In this document: one piece after another, positions 1 through 18,481 of the stretch | Layout of the letters: each line of letters begins with the position of its first letter | Position numbering within the stretch: the stretch's first letter is position 1 | Source: the human T2T-CHM13v2.0 reference genome, Homo sapiens | Reading direction: 5' to 3' (one strand) | Assembly (NCBI RefSeq): GCF_009914755.1 | Contig: NC_060938.1 | DNA length: 64,000 nucleotides | The notes under the pieces: generated by a model | Told to the model about the DNA's origin: nothing | Databases searched by the model: none | What the model saw: the letters and a program-made list of their open reading frames with translations, nothing else | Program-made: the position numbers and the translations under genes

Positions 1-159
1 CCAAAATGTGACATATAGAAATGAAGTGAGCACATGCTATTGGAAAAATGGCACCAATAGACTTGCTCAATGTAGGGTTGCACAAACCTTTGATTTGTAA
101 AAAATGCAGTAACTGCAAAGTACAATAAGGCAAAGCAAAATAAAACAAAAGTATGCCTG
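1..159 (-). mobile_element. Tigger1 (TcMar-Tigger DNA transposon) 5' end, truncated by window edge
   Basis: Reverse complement begins CAGGCATACTTTTGTTTTATTTTGC, matching the Tigger1 TIR/5' end; TA at 160-161; followed by an L2 3'-tail-like sequence (aggcactcaataaatatgttgaatgagtgagtga). Confidence 0.8.
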
Positions 160-1079
160 TAGAAGGCACTCAATAAATATGTTGAATGAGTGAGTGAGGA
201 GAAAGAATTGTCTTATGTAGTAAGCCTTTAAAATCAAATTCCTTTTTAAAGAAATGTAATTTTTATGCAGTCTTTTTTAGCGGTACAGCTATTATATAAA
301 TTGATAATTGCCTAAATATTAAATGGCACAGAATGAAATCTTTAATGTAGTCACTGTTCTAGAAATACTTCAAATGTAGCCAGTAACCAAAATCACCAGA
401 CCCCCAACATCCAAAGTTTTATTACCTGTGTGGGCAGCCTCCAATTTAATGTGGTATGGCAGTCATTGATGACTGTGCTTTTTATTACTTCTTTACTATG
501 ATTTCTTATCTATATACTCTGATATATGGGCCATTCATATAAGCTTTCAAATCTCTAGTGCAACTAAATGGGTAATATAGTAAGGCTTTTATTATCTAAA
601 CAATGTTTATTGAAAAGAGTTTGCCTCTAAGTATTTGTAAGTATATTATCTTTCAAAACAAATTCGGTTTATATAAGTCTTATAGCCACAATGTTATAAA
701 GGCCACACCGAAGCCAGTGTCTTGTCTTTGGCTGTACCTCTATTTATTTTCTATTTTTGTCCTTCATTGGGTCTTTTTATGCAGGCAGTCATAATTTGGT
801 CTTTTTAAAATGTTTAATACAGGTTAAAGCCTTAAACAGGTTTTTTCTTGCTTCATAATATACACATGAACAGGCATTTTGGTCACTATAACAAGTGTAA
901 TTTTGTGTTTAGCCCTTGTTATAGATATCTTTTTCTTATCTCAGTATGTCATTCATATTTTTCTAACTTGCTGCTCAACACTCTTCTTTTTTACTACTCA
1001 TGGGTATGTATTGCTAGTGAGTTTTAAATTCCAGCTCTTGAATTCCTTGTACTTGTAGCTTACTATTGCTACTTAAAAA

Positions 1080-1127
1080 TGCTACTTCAAAAACTTGAGA
1101 ATTTGCTACTTCAAAAACTTGAGAATT
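1080..1127. repeat. Perfect 24-bp tandem duplication (tgctacttcaaaaacttgagaatt x2)
   Basis: Read directly; partial third unit tgctacttaaaaa at 1067-1079. Confidence 0.9.
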
Positions 1128-1747
1128 TTAGAAGTCAGAACTAATAGAAGAAAAAGAGTCTTATACATCATATGAATTTGATAAGGCTGGAAATGTCCCC
1201 TATAAACAGAAAGATTGAGAATAACAGAAATCTACCTAAAAGATATGTCAGAACAAACAAAAAAATTCAACTACTGTTTAAAAGATGATTCATATTAATT
1301 ACAGAGTAACTTGATATATCAGAACACTGTTAAATCATTCCAGGGAAATTGTCTGGGCATCTTCAAGCAATAGAAAGAAACCTGTTTTCATATTAGCTAA
1401 CCTTTCAACTGTGTGTTATCTATTAATCTCATGTATGTTGGAGTAACTGTAAACCTCCTGCTTCTTGGATATGTATGTGAAAAGAATATGGCACTTAATG
1501 AAGAAACAGGCCTTAACTGAAATACTTAATGTTTCTGTTGCTAGCTTTTTAACTTTGGGCAGGTTAGTTTAATATTCTGATCTTCGGCTATTCCATATGC
1601 AGTATGTCATATAAAGACTTCATTTGCCATATGAAGACAGTTTGCCCAAGGTCACAGATAGTGACTAATTTATGATAATAAATAATATTTCACTGCACTA
1701 AAAATGGCTGATGATCAAATATAGGTTATGGAAGTTTTCTTTAATAG

Positions 1748-2067
<320 letters not shown>

Positions 2068-2319
2068 TAGCTGTTTACAGAATTGTTTTGGACATTATAT
2101 GAACATGTTTATGAGCACTTACTTTACTAATCAAGGGGAATATAGTATTTAGATGGTGAGGCAGGATAAAGGCATAAAAAGATAAATAATCATAGAGGAT
2201 AACATTTATTAAGTGTCAGATGCTAAAGGAGATTAGAAGAGGGAATAGTTATGGAGAGCTGTTTTGGAGGCTGCCATGGAAGAAAGGGATTACATAAGCT
2301 GAGAGAAGGCTGAGGATAA

Positions 2320-2420
2320 CCTTGACTTTCCCCAACTGTAAAATGGAGATATTACTTGCCCCATAAGGCTGTTGTAAGGATTCAGTGAAATAAAATATCT
2401 AAAGTGTCTAAAATAAATGT
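2320..2420 (+). mobile_element. MIR core fragment
   Basis: ctgtaaaatggagat...ggctgttgtaaggattcagtgaaataa matches MIR core. Confidence 0.6.
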
Positions 2421-4779
2421 AGTGCTTTGTGACTATGTGATGTAACTGCTACTACTGGTTTTTGTTTTTTGGACTGAATATAAGTGGTTCTTTCTGTCAT
2501 CTTTAAAATTTTTCTCTCCCAGATGCCTGACAACTTGGAGATGACATATAGTTTTCATCTTAAATACCAACTGACTACCTGGGACATAATGTTGAAAAGA
2601 TTCTCAGACTCTACCTGGTTTTAGTAGGGAAGAATGCTATGATCAATTACTGGTGACAAGGCACATATAAAATAGGCTGGAGGCAGGAAATGGTTGTGTA
2701 TGGGTTGCTGGAGTAACAGTATGTAAACTGTGTTTATTATCTTTACTTTAAGTCCTAGTATGTCTTATTTGTTTCTAGCCTTCCTTTTACTACATCCTGT
2801 AAAACTTTCTAATATAAGATGGCAAGTTTTAGAAGTGAGATACCAAGTTTATATCTGTACTCAGTGAATTAGCCCCGGAGTAGAAAAGAATCTGATGTAT
2901 CACCCCTGCTCCAAAATATCCCTTATGCATTCTTTCCCATTTATATTCTAGTGAGCTAATAGTTTCTGTTTAAAAAATACTTAGATTTTCTGAAAAGCTG
3001 AAGTTCTCAATGTGATCTACTTGAGCCAGATGATTTTCCTAATGCAGTCTGTCCACATGAGAAAATGAGAGTTTTGATTGTGGAAAGGATGAATTGGAAA
3101 AGAGGGGCATTTTTTTAAAACTGAAAAATAGATTGGATTAAAGGAAAGATATGCCTGAATGGCTTTCAGCTTTTAGATGGTAGGATGCCTGAGATGGGCA
3201 TAGTAGGGTTCCAAGATGGTACAAAAGAGAAAAGTATGCTGAAGATAAATGGAATTTTAATATTAAGAGTAATAGAAGCCATAACATTACAAAAACATGA
3301 TTTTCTTCATAGTCTTATTTTCTGCTCCTTTCTCAAATTTTCTGCTTCCTCCCTCATTTCCACTTTTAGATACAGCATTATTTTATTGCCTTTTGGTTGT
3401 CCAGGTTGATGGCTCAAGTTTTGAGTTTTGACCCATTCCACTTTCTAGTCTTTACTTACCTTCTCTCTTTAAATCCCTCTTCTTTTCTTCTAGGTAAATA
3501 GGTAGAGCATTGTAAACCTCTCGTGGTACTAGTATTTTCTGGTGGAACCACTTTGTCTCACACAGCCACCTAAAGTTCTTCTGAGAGAACAATTATGCAT
3601 GTGACTCCTTTTCTTGCGTCTGATTTCTCATTAGAAAGGACCTTGGTTTCAGAAAGGAAGGACTAGAGAAGTAGCTGGTGAGAAGTGAAATTGTAAAATT
3701 TGTACTGGATGCCCTTTCCTTTCTGAACATTCTTGTATCTTTGCATGTCTTTTCTTCAAGATACGAATACAGGTTTATTTTTTATAAAACTTTAAAAATA
3801 AATATTTTTTCTTTTACTTTACCCTGTGTTTGAATATTATTTAAAATTTATAAAATGAGGTTGTATATTCTTGATTATACTCTCTGTCCCCATTTTAAGA
3901 AATGGATTTAATGCTTCTAGTTAAATGATTTCAAGTGATAATGTTGTTTTAGACATATATTCCTGAACCATGGTGTTCAGCTACATTTCAAACTCTTTAT
4001 TTTTGGAGCCAGGGAACAGAGTAGAAAGTACAAAGGTTTCTAAGGCTTATTGCTAATACCAAGTACATGGTGACATCTACTACATAGTTGATTCACGAAC
4101 AATGGAATTCCTATAAAAAGAAGATCTGATTCTAGATCAGAGTTATCCCTGGAACATGTAAAGATGTCAACTTTAATAGGAAGATGTAAAGCAGCTGTTC
4201 TTGTGCCTATTTCCTTTTTACCTAGCTCTTTAGTTTGATGTGGTCACAGTGGCATTTATTCTAGTTTAACAATTAATTTATAATATAAAAGCAGTCCCTA
4301 GATTTGTTTGAAACCAACTGGTTACATACAAAAGATTAATTAAATTCACACCTATTAGAAAAGATAGAACTTTGTTGTAATAGAGTGAGAAGGATGCAGC
4401 ATTGTGGCAACTGAAATAGTTTGACTTACAGTAAGAATCTTTTATGCTTCAGTGCATGAGCTCTCATGAAAATATGAGGAGGTAGGAAATAATGATCTGT
4501 ATCATGATAAGTTCAGCTAATAATGGCCTCTTCAAAAAGCTATTATTCACAGGGCAGTGGATTCCAAAGTTTCTTTGTTAACTTTCACTTGTTAGTACGT
4601 TGTAAGTTTTTCTATTAAGTTTATGTGGAGGAGTTGCTGTACACATTTTTAAAAAATAAAATTCTAAGGCAAAGAAACTTATTTGTACCTGTAATCATGA
4701 GTTGTTGTGTAGAGTCTTTCTTAATTAACTAAAAAATATGGCTTCAGACTATGCCAACATTTCATTTCTGGTAATTTTT

Positions 4780-5070
4780 TGTTTTTCTCCGAGACGGAGT
4801 CTCGCACTGTCACCCAGGCTGGAGTGCAGTGGTGTGATCTTGGCTCACGGCAACCTCTGCCTCCTGGGTTCACACCACTCTCCTGCCTCACCTCCCGAGT
4901 AGCTGGGACTATAGGCGCTCACCACCACACCCAGCTAATTTTTTGTATTTTTAGTAGAGACGGGGTTTCACCATGTTGGCCAGGATGGTCTCAATCTCCT
5001 GACCTCGTGATCCACCTGCCTTGGCCTCTCAAAGTGCTGGGATTACAGGCGTGAGCCACTGCACCTGGCC
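4780..5070 (-). mobile_element. Alu (AluY/AluSc-like)
   Basis: Antisense Alu dimer; 17-bp TSD catttctggtaattttt at 4763-4779 and 5071-5087. Confidence 0.95.
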
Positions 5071-5289
5071 CATTTCTGGTAATTTTTATAATTAAAGCAA
5101 AATGCTTTTAGGCAATTTTAATTTTGTTTACTGATACATAAGAAAAGATAACTATTTTAGTTGCCTCAATGCTGCATCCTTCTCACTTTATTACAACAAA
5201 GTTCTATCTTTTCTAATATCTTTGCTTATGACATTCTTTTTAATGTATATGCTATACATTTTTATTTCAATGTGCTTTTTTCTTTGTTA

Positions 5290-5374
5290 AATTTTCCGTA
5301 TCATCCTTCTGCAGGGGCCATGCTAATCTTCTGTATCATTCCAATTTCAGTTTAGGTGCTGCCAAAGTGAGTAC
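5290..5374 (-). pseudogene. U6 snRNA retropseudogene, 3'-truncated (tailless)
   Basis: Matches reverse complement of U6 (tcatccttctgcaggggccatgctaatctt...ccaatttcag...gtgctgccaaagtgagtac) from nt 1 to about nt 87; TSD tgttaaatttt at 5285-5295 and 5376-5386. Confidence 0.92.
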
Positions 5375-5759
5375 CTGTTAAATTTTAAAGAAACACATTT
5401 AACATGGTGATGAATCTGCTCACATTTCTGAGCTTTCAATTTATAATTTATCATATATTAACTATAGGAATTAAAATATGCATTAAAATTATTAATTTTT
5501 AATATTTATATTTATTTTATTTTATTTTATTATACTTTAAGTTCTGAGATACACGTGCAGAATGTGCAGATTTGTTACATACATATACAAGTGCCATGGC
5601 GGTTTGCTGCATCTGTCAACGTGTCATCTAGGCTTTTAAGCCCCACATGCTTTAGGTTATCTATCCTAATGTTATCCCTTCCCTCTGCCCCCCACCCACC
5701 GACAGGCCCTGGTATGTGATGTTTCCCTCCCTGTGTCCATCTGTTCTCATTGTTCAACT

Positions 5760-9800
<4,041 letters not shown>

Positions 9801-9899
9801 AAGGTTAATATTGTTATGTGTGAATTTGATCATAATGCTAGCTGGTTATTTTTCACATTAGTTGATGCGGTTTCTTCATAGTGTCATTGGTCTTTATAT

Positions 9900-10900
9900 T
9901 TTGGCATGTTTTTGCAGTGGCTGGTACTGGTTTTTCCTTTCCATATTTAGTGCTTCCTTCAGGAGCTCTTGTACAGCAGGCCTGGTGGTGACAGAATCCC
10001 TCAGCTTTTGCTTGTCTCTAAAGGTTTTTATTTCTCCTTCACTTATGAAGCTTAGTTTGGCCGTATATGAAATTCTGGGTTGAAAATTCTTTTCTTTAAG
10101 AATGTTGAATGTTGGCCCCTACTCTCTTCTGGCTTGTAGGGTTTCTGTAGAGAGATCTACTGTTAGTCTGATGGGCTTCCCTTTGTAGGTAATCTGACCT
10201 TTCTCTCTGGCTGCCCTTAATATTTTTTCCTTCATTTCAACCTTGGTGAATCTGATGATTATGTGTCTTGGGGTTACTCTTCTCGAGGATTATCTTAGTA
10301 GTGTTTGTATTTCCTGAATTTGAATGTTGGCCTGTCTTGCTAGATTGGGGAAGTTCTCCTGGATGATATCCTGAAGAGTGTTTTCCAGCTCGGTTACATT
10401 CTCCTCATCACTTTCAGGTACACCAATCAATCGTAGGTTTGGTCTTTTCACATAGTCCCATATTTCTTGGAGGCTTTGTCCTTTCCTTATCATTCTTTTT
10501 TCTGTAATCTTGTCTTCAAGCTTTATTTCATTAAGTTGATCTTCAATCTCTGATATCCTTTCTTCCGCTTGATCAATTCGACTATTGATACTTGTGTATG
10601 CTTCATGAAGTTCTCGTGCTGTGTTTTTCAGCACCATCAGGTCATTTATCTTCTTCTCTAAACTGGTTATTCTAGTTAGCCCTTCCTGTAACCTTTTATC
10701 AAGGTTCTTAGCTTCCTTCCATTGGGTTAGAACATGCTCCTTTAGCTCAAAGGAGTTTGTTATTATTACCCACCTTCTGCCTACTTCTGTCAATTCGTCA
10801 TACTCTTCTCTGTTCAGTTTTGTGCACTTGTTGGAGAGGAGTTGTGATTACTTGGAGGAGAAGAGGCATTCTGGTTTTTGGAATTTTCTGCATTTTTGCG
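9900..10900 (-). pseudogene. L1 ORF1 remnant
   Basis: ORF 10290-10793: coiled coil then SLQEIWDYVKRPNLRLIGVPESD...ENFPNLARQANIQIQEIQ; limits approximate. Confidence 0.9.
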
Positions 10901-12264
10901 CTGGGTTTTCCTCATCTTTGTGGATTTATCTACCTTTGATCTTTGATGCTGATGACCTTTGGATAGGTTTTTTGCATGGGCGTGCTTTTTGTTAATGTTG
11001 ATGTTATTGCTTTCTGTTTGTTAGTTTTCCTTCTAACAGTCAGGCTCCTCTTCTGCAGGTCTGCTGGAGTTTGCTGGAGGTCCACTCCAGACCCTGTTTG
11101 CCTGGGTATCACCAGCAGAGGCTGCAGAACAGCAAAGATTGCTGCCTGTTCCTTCCTCTGGAAGCTTCGTCCTAGAGGGGCACCCACCAGATGCCAGCTG
11201 GAGCTGTCCTGTATGAGGTGTCTGTCAACTCCTGCTGGGAGGTGTCTCCCAGTCACGAGGCACAGGTGTCAGGGACCCACTTGAGGAGGCAGTCTGTCTC
11301 TTAGCAGAGCTTGAATGCAGTGCTAGGATAGGAGATCCCCTGCTCTCTTCAGAGTCGGCAGGCAGGAATGTTTAAGTCAGCTGAAGCTGCATCCACAGCT
11401 GCGCCTTCCTCCAGGTGCTCTGTCCCAGGGAGATGGGGGTTTTATCTTTACGTCCCTGACTGGGGCTGCTGCCTTTCTTTCAGAGATTCCCTGCCCAGTG
11501 AGGAGGAATCTAGAGAGGCAGTCTGCCCATAGCTGCTTTGCTGCACTGTGGTGGGTTTCACCCAGTCTGAACTTCCTGGTGGCTTCCTTAATACGGTGAG
11601 GGGAAAACCACCTACTCTAGCCTCAGTATTGGTTGACGCCCCTCTCCGTGCCAAGCTCTATTGTCCCAGGTTGACTTCAGACTGCCGTGCTGGCAGCAAG
11701 AATTTCAAGCCAGTGGATCTTAGCTTGCCGGGCTCTGTAGGGGTGGGACTCACTAAGACCACTTGGCTCCCTGGGTTCAGCCCCTTTTCAGGGGAGTGAA
11801 CGGTTCTGTCACACTGGGGTTCCAGGTGCCATTGGGGTATGAAAAAACACTCCTGCAGCTAGCTCAGTGTCTGCCCAAGCAGCTGCCCAGTTTTGTGCTT
11901 GAAACCCAGGGCGCTGGTGGTGTAGGCACTTGAGGGAATCTCCTGGTCTGCAGGTTGCAAAAACCGTAGGAAAAGCCTAGTAGCTGAGCCGGATGGCACA
12001 GTCCCTCAGGGCTTCCCTTGGCTAAGGGAGGGAGGTCCCCAGCCCCTTGCACTTCCCAGATGAGGTGACACCCCACGCTGCTTCTGCCTACCCTCAGTGG
12101 GCTGCCCTTTCCCTCTAACCAGTTCCGGTGAGATGAACTGTGTATCTCAGTTGGAAATGCAGAAATATCCTGCCTTCTGCATTGGTCTCGCTGGGAGCTG
12201 CAGACCAGAACTGTTCCTATTTGCCCATCTTGCCCTGCTCCTTATTTATTAAATTTTAAAATGA

Positions 12265-12399
12265 TTTTATTTATTTTATTTTTAGAGTTGGGGTCTCACT
12301 ATGTTACTCAGGCTGGACTCAAACTCCTGGGCTCAATTGACTCTCGAACTTCAGCCTCCTGAGTAGCCAAGACTACAGGCATGCACCACTGTGCCTGGC
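12265..12399 (-). mobile_element. FLAM (free left Alu monomer)
   Basis: Single ~130-bp antisense monomer gggtctcactatgtt...gtgcctggct. Confidence 0.8.
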
Positions 12400-14610
12400 T
12401 TTATTTTTATTTTTAATTGACACATAATTGCATATATTTATGGGACACAATTTGATGTGTCAGTATATGTATTGCATTGTATCATAATTAAATCAGGGTA
12501 ATGAGCAGATTAATCACTTCAAACATTATTTCCTTGTTGTGGGAACATTTAAAATATTGTAAGCTATTTTGAGATACACAATACCTTATTGTTAATGCAT
12601 GTAGTATTTGAATTTCTGTGTCTGGTTTATTTCACTTAATGTCCTCCAGGCTTATTTATGTTTGTGAAAATGACAGAATTTCCTTCCTTTTCTTTGCTTT
12701 TTTTTTTTTAAACTTTTATTTTATGTTTGTGAGTACATATGAAGGTTTGTTACTTAGCTAAACACATGTCACAGGGGTTTGTTGTACATATTTCATTTCC
12801 CAGATATTAAACCTAGTACTCAATAGTTATATTTTTTCCTCTCTTCCTCCTCCGATTTTCCCGTCAAGTAGACCCCACTGTCTGTTGTTTCCTTCTTTGT
12901 GTCCCTAAGTTCTTATCATTTAGTTCCCACTTGTAAGTGAGAACACGTGGTATTTGGGTTTCTGTTCCTGCATTAGTTTGCTAAGGATAATGGCCTCCAG
13001 CTCTATCCATCTTCCTGCAAAAGACATGATCTTGGTTTTTTTTTTTTTTTTTTTTTTTACGGCTGCCTAGTATTCCATGGTGTATATGTACCACATTTTC
13101 TTTAACCAGTCTGTCATTGATGGGTATTTAGGTTGATTTAATGTCTTTGGTATTGTGAATAGTGCTGCAGTGAACATTTGTGTGCATGTGTCTTTATGGT
13201 ACAATGATTTATATTCCTCTGGGTATATGCCCAGTAATGGGATTGCTGGGTTGCATGGTAATTCTGTGTTTAGCTCTTTGAGGAATTGCCATATGCTTTC
13301 CAGAATGGTTGAGCTAATTTACACCTCCATCACCAGTGTGTAGGTGTTGCCTTTTCCCCGTAACATTGCCAACATCTGTTATTTTTTGATATTTTAATAA
13401 TAGCCATTCTGACTGGTGTGAGTTGGTATCTCATTGTGGTCTTTATTTGCATTTCTCTCATGATCAGTGATATTGATCTTTTTTTCATATGTGTTTTGGC
13501 TGCATGTATGTCTTCTTTTGAGAAGTGTCTGTTCATGTCCTTTGCCCACTTTTAATGGGGTTGTTTTTCTCTTCTAAATTTAACTTCCTTATAGAGGCTT
13601 GATATCGGACCTTTGTCAGATGTATGGTTTACACATATTTTCTACCATTTTATAGGTTGTCTGTTTACTCTGTTGATAGTTCCTTTTGCTGTGCAGAATC
13701 TCTTAAGTTTAATTAGATCCCACTTGTCAATTTTTGCTTTTGTTGTGATTGCTTTTGCTTTCTTTGTCATGAAATCTTTGCCCATTCCTATGTCCAGGAT
13801 GGTAATACCTAGGTTGTCTTCCAGGATTTTTATAGTTTTGGCTTTTACATTTAAGTCTTTAATCCATCTTGAGTTGATTTTTGTATATGGTGTAAGAAAG
13901 GGGTCCAGCTTCAATTTCTACTTATGACTAGCCAGTTATCCCAGCATCATTTATGGAATAGAGAATCCTTTCCCCATTGCTTGTTTTTGTCAGCTTTATT
14001 GAAGATCAGATGGTTGTAGTTGTGTGGCCTTATTTCTGGGCTCTTTATTCTGTTCCATTGGTCCATGTGCCTGTTTTTGTACCAGTACCATGCTGTTTTG
14101 GTTACGGTAGCCCTGTAGTGTAGTTTGAAGTTGGGTACCATGATTCCTCCAGCTTTGTTTTTCTTGCTTTGGATTACCTTGGCTGTTTGGGCTATTTTTT
14201 GGTTGCTTATGAATTTTAAAATAGTTTTTTCTAGTTCTGTGAAGAATGTCATTGGTAGATTGATAGGAATAGCATTGAATCTGTAAATTGCCTTGGGGAG
14301 TATAGCCATTTTAATGTTATTGATTCTTCCTATCCATGTGCATGGGATGTTTCTCCATTTATTTGTCTCATCTCTGTGTTCTTTGAGCAGTGTTTTGTAA
14401 TTCTCATTGTAGAGATTTTTCACCTCCCTAGTTAGTTAGATTTCATTCTTTTTAATGGATGAATAGTATTCTATTGTGTCTATATACCAAATTTTCTTTA
14501 TACGTTCATCTAATGTTGGACATTTAGGTTGATTTCATATCTTGACTATTGCGAATAGTGCTGCAGTAAACATAGGAGTGCAGATATCTCTTTGACATAC
14601 TGATATCACA
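12400..14610 (-). mobile_element. L1MA-type 3' fragment split by a younger L1
   Basis: L1MA 3'UTR 12400-12690 resumes at ~14438 (tttaatggatgaatagtattctattgtg). Confidence 0.65.
12692..14437 (-). mobile_element. 5'-truncated L1 (L1PA11-16-like)
   Basis: Poly-T, 3'UTR, ORF2 C-terminal fragments ([21 protein letters not shown]; [16 protein letters not shown]); degenerate TSD gaatttccttcctttt / agatttcattcttttt. Confidence 0.88.
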
Positions 14611-14611
14611 T

Positions 14612-14785
14612 TAAGCAAATATTAGCAGACCAAATTCAGCATTCTATAAAACAACTGCATTATAATTAAATTGGGTTTAATCCAGGAAAGCAAGTTTGTT
14701 TCCAAATTAGGAAAAATCTCTTAGTGTAACTCACCGTTTTAGCAGATCAAAGGTGAAAAAGCATGTGATAGTTCAGATTCTTTAA
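14612..14785 (+). mobile_element. Ancient L1 ORF2 (RT) fragment
   Basis: aatattagcagaccaaattcagc...gggtttaatccaggaaagcaag resembles ILANRIQQ...GFIPGMQ coding. Confidence 0.55.
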
Positions 14786-15505
14786 TCTGTATTCATATGG
14801 TAATTGAAGAAAATGGCCAAAAATATTGCCAACCGTGATAGCGAAAGGTTATAATTGGATGCTTTGGAAAGAATTGAGAAAATCACATAGAAGAAAAATA
14901 GTGCTTTCAAATTAGGTATGGGGAGATTGAGCTAGTTAGTTTAGCCAGAAATTAAAGAAGGAAACTATAAACATACACTCATTGAGTATTCCTTTAATGA
15001 AGGACCACGGCTTTTTCTTTGAGTAGGGATTCAATGAATGGAATATGGCAGAGGATTTCTTATATAATCCATGCATATATGCTTTACACAGTTTTCAGTC
15101 TCAGTCTCTTGACAGAGGGGAAAAACCCTGAAGAACATATCTTGAAATCTGAAAACAGGATACTCCTAGGTTTTATGACTTTGTCCTAGACTTTTTGCCC
15201 AATACTTGTCCAAATCATATTTGTTATGGTAGAGAAGTAGGATATGAAAGCAAGAGTGAGTGGGAAGGTGATTGCATAGATAGTTTGATAAAACAAATTA
15301 TATTTTATTGTAATCATTTGTTGACTATATAAAGGATTTTTTTACTTCACTATAAGCAATAGATTGCTTTTCTCTACAGATTAATGCAATTTTTCATCTC
15401 AGATTTCAAAATTGAGTTTTTCTACTTTTGTGGATTTTTATACTTTTTAAGCTAAGTAAAGGAACAAATAAGTAGTAACACTCCAGTGTAGGAAGGACTG
15501 ATTAG

Positions 15506-15508
<3 letters not shown>

Positions 15509-15540
<32 letters not shown>
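15509..15540. repeat. (TG)16 microsatellite
   Basis: Read directly. Confidence 0.97.
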
Positions 15541-15541
<1 letters not shown>

Positions 15542-15704
15542 ATGCAAATATACACATACATGTATGCACATATTAGATTAGCATATATATAATTTATATG
15601 TTTATGTATCTTTGTATATGAATAAAATTGGACAAAATTAGTTATTGAGGCTATTTTTTAGAAACATTTTAAAATTGTAGTTGAGTTGTTTTATTGAGGT
15701 TATT

Positions 15705-15966
<262 letters not shown>

Positions 15967-16181
15967 TATTGAGGCTGTTTTTTAGAAACATATTTAAAAT
16001 TGTATTTGAAGTATTTCTTAATACAATTATGTCCCAACTATTTATCAATGTTGTGTCTATTGGAAATAGTATGCTTGGTATAATGTTTAAACTGTTGCAA
16101 ATTGAGTTATATTTAGTTGAAAGTTAAATTGCACAATATGAGTAGCCTATTTGTATTTCCAGTTTGGTATTCTTTGATCCT

Positions 16182-16520
16182 GGAAGGATGGACGGGCAAA
16201 GGGGAGATGTTAGTCAAGTAGTGCGAAGTTTCAGTTAGACAGGGGGAATAAGTTCTAGTGATCTGTTGCGCAGCATGGTGACTATTGTTAACAATCATTT
16301 TTTGTATATTTCAACATTGTTAAAAGAGTAGACTTTAAATGTTTTTACTGCAAAGAAAGAATATGTGAGGTGATGTGGAATGCTAATTAGCATGGTTTAT
16401 TATTTATTTACTTATTATTATTCTACTACAATGTAGACATGTATCATAACATTACGTTGTACCCCGTAAACATATGCAATTTTTGTTAATTAAAAAAATT
16501 TTTAAAAAGATGAAAAAAAA
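16182..16520 (+). mobile_element. L1MA-type 3' end
   Basis: gtttcagttagacagggggaataagttctagtgatctg...gtaccccgtaaacatatgcaat then A-rich tail. Confidence 0.75.
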
Positions 16521-16562
16521 ACCCAATTCAGAATGTTTATGTGTTGTGTTTTATTGTTCTAA

Positions 16563-16823
<261 letters not shown>

Positions 16824-18088
16824 TAAATATCATTTTATCATTGGCAAAGCTGTGGTTAATACATTTGCTGATTGGAGAATTGTTAAAATTTGCATTCAGG
16901 AATCAGTTGATGGGATGAATGTATAATGTGTAATATGGCACCTAATGAGTTAATGTGATGCCAAGACCAAACTTCACTGTTAACATGATTTAATCTTTCC
17001 CATTGCTTGTGAGTACTAAAAATTCTATTGTCTTACTTAATACTGTTTTCTTGCTTTGACTGTGTCTGCAGTAAGAAGACCAAATCAATTTTTATAAGTT
17101 ATCTTCCTTCTTTAGATTTGTGATTAATCTCATTGTGGTCAATATTGAGTTATAAGGGCAGTGTAGAAATTCTACAGATGTAGAAAAAAATTATATAAAC
17201 CAATGTACTTGTGATTTAAAATTGCTCCAGAAAAAAGTAAAATTTTGTTTTGAGTATATATGGTTATATATTTGCATGTGTAATATCTGTCCAATCAACT
17301 TTAATTTAGCCTTAAGAAAAGAAGAGAACATTTGATTGGATAATCTAAAAATATCAATTGGGCTATATGTTATTTATAGTTAGCTTGGAATAAGTTTTAT
17401 TTTTTTCTCAGTAGATTTGAGTTTGTAATTGTCTTCTAGGTAAAAGTTAAAAGTAATTTGCATTTACTTCATCAACTTATAACAGTTACCTTTTATTTGT
17501 TCAGATTCTACTTTGGGTCAGGCACCATGCAATAGGTTGATAATTCTAATGGTAGATACTCCTATATTCATTTTCAGGTATACAATTAAGTAGATGAAAT
17601 CTGTCTTGAACTCTGAAACTCTTCTTTTTTTCACTATAACATCTTGCCTTTCTACCACTTTTGCTGCTTGAATTGTGATAAATGTGCTGTTTGATTTTTG
17701 GTCCTAGTCATTTAAGTCTCTTGGTTTCATTTTCTCCTCTTTTACTGTCAGATCCCCTAGTTAGTGATTTCATTTAAAATCCCCAAACCACCCCATCCCC
17801 ACCAATTCCTTTGTGACCTTGACCTTTATTTGTCTTGATTAACCCACACTCTGTTTTCTGTACTTCTAAATACTATCAGAGAATATAGAATAGTTGTGTT
17901 AATTGCCTGCATTATATATTTTTGATTTTTGAATTTAGCTACCTTCACAACACTTCAGTCATCAGATTTTACATGTTGTTATTCTCAAAAAATATTCAGG
18001 GAATTTGGTAGTCTAGCAGAGGTCCAAATGAAGATTTGGCAAAAACAAGCTCTCTGACACATAAATTGTATAAAAGTTACAGTTTATT

Positions 18089-18481
<393 letters not shown>

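Noticed and set aside
4779-5054. ORFs with AGVQW/PGWS motifs (also 15726, 18149, 31548, 42129, 47531)
   Set aside because: Antisense Alu translations
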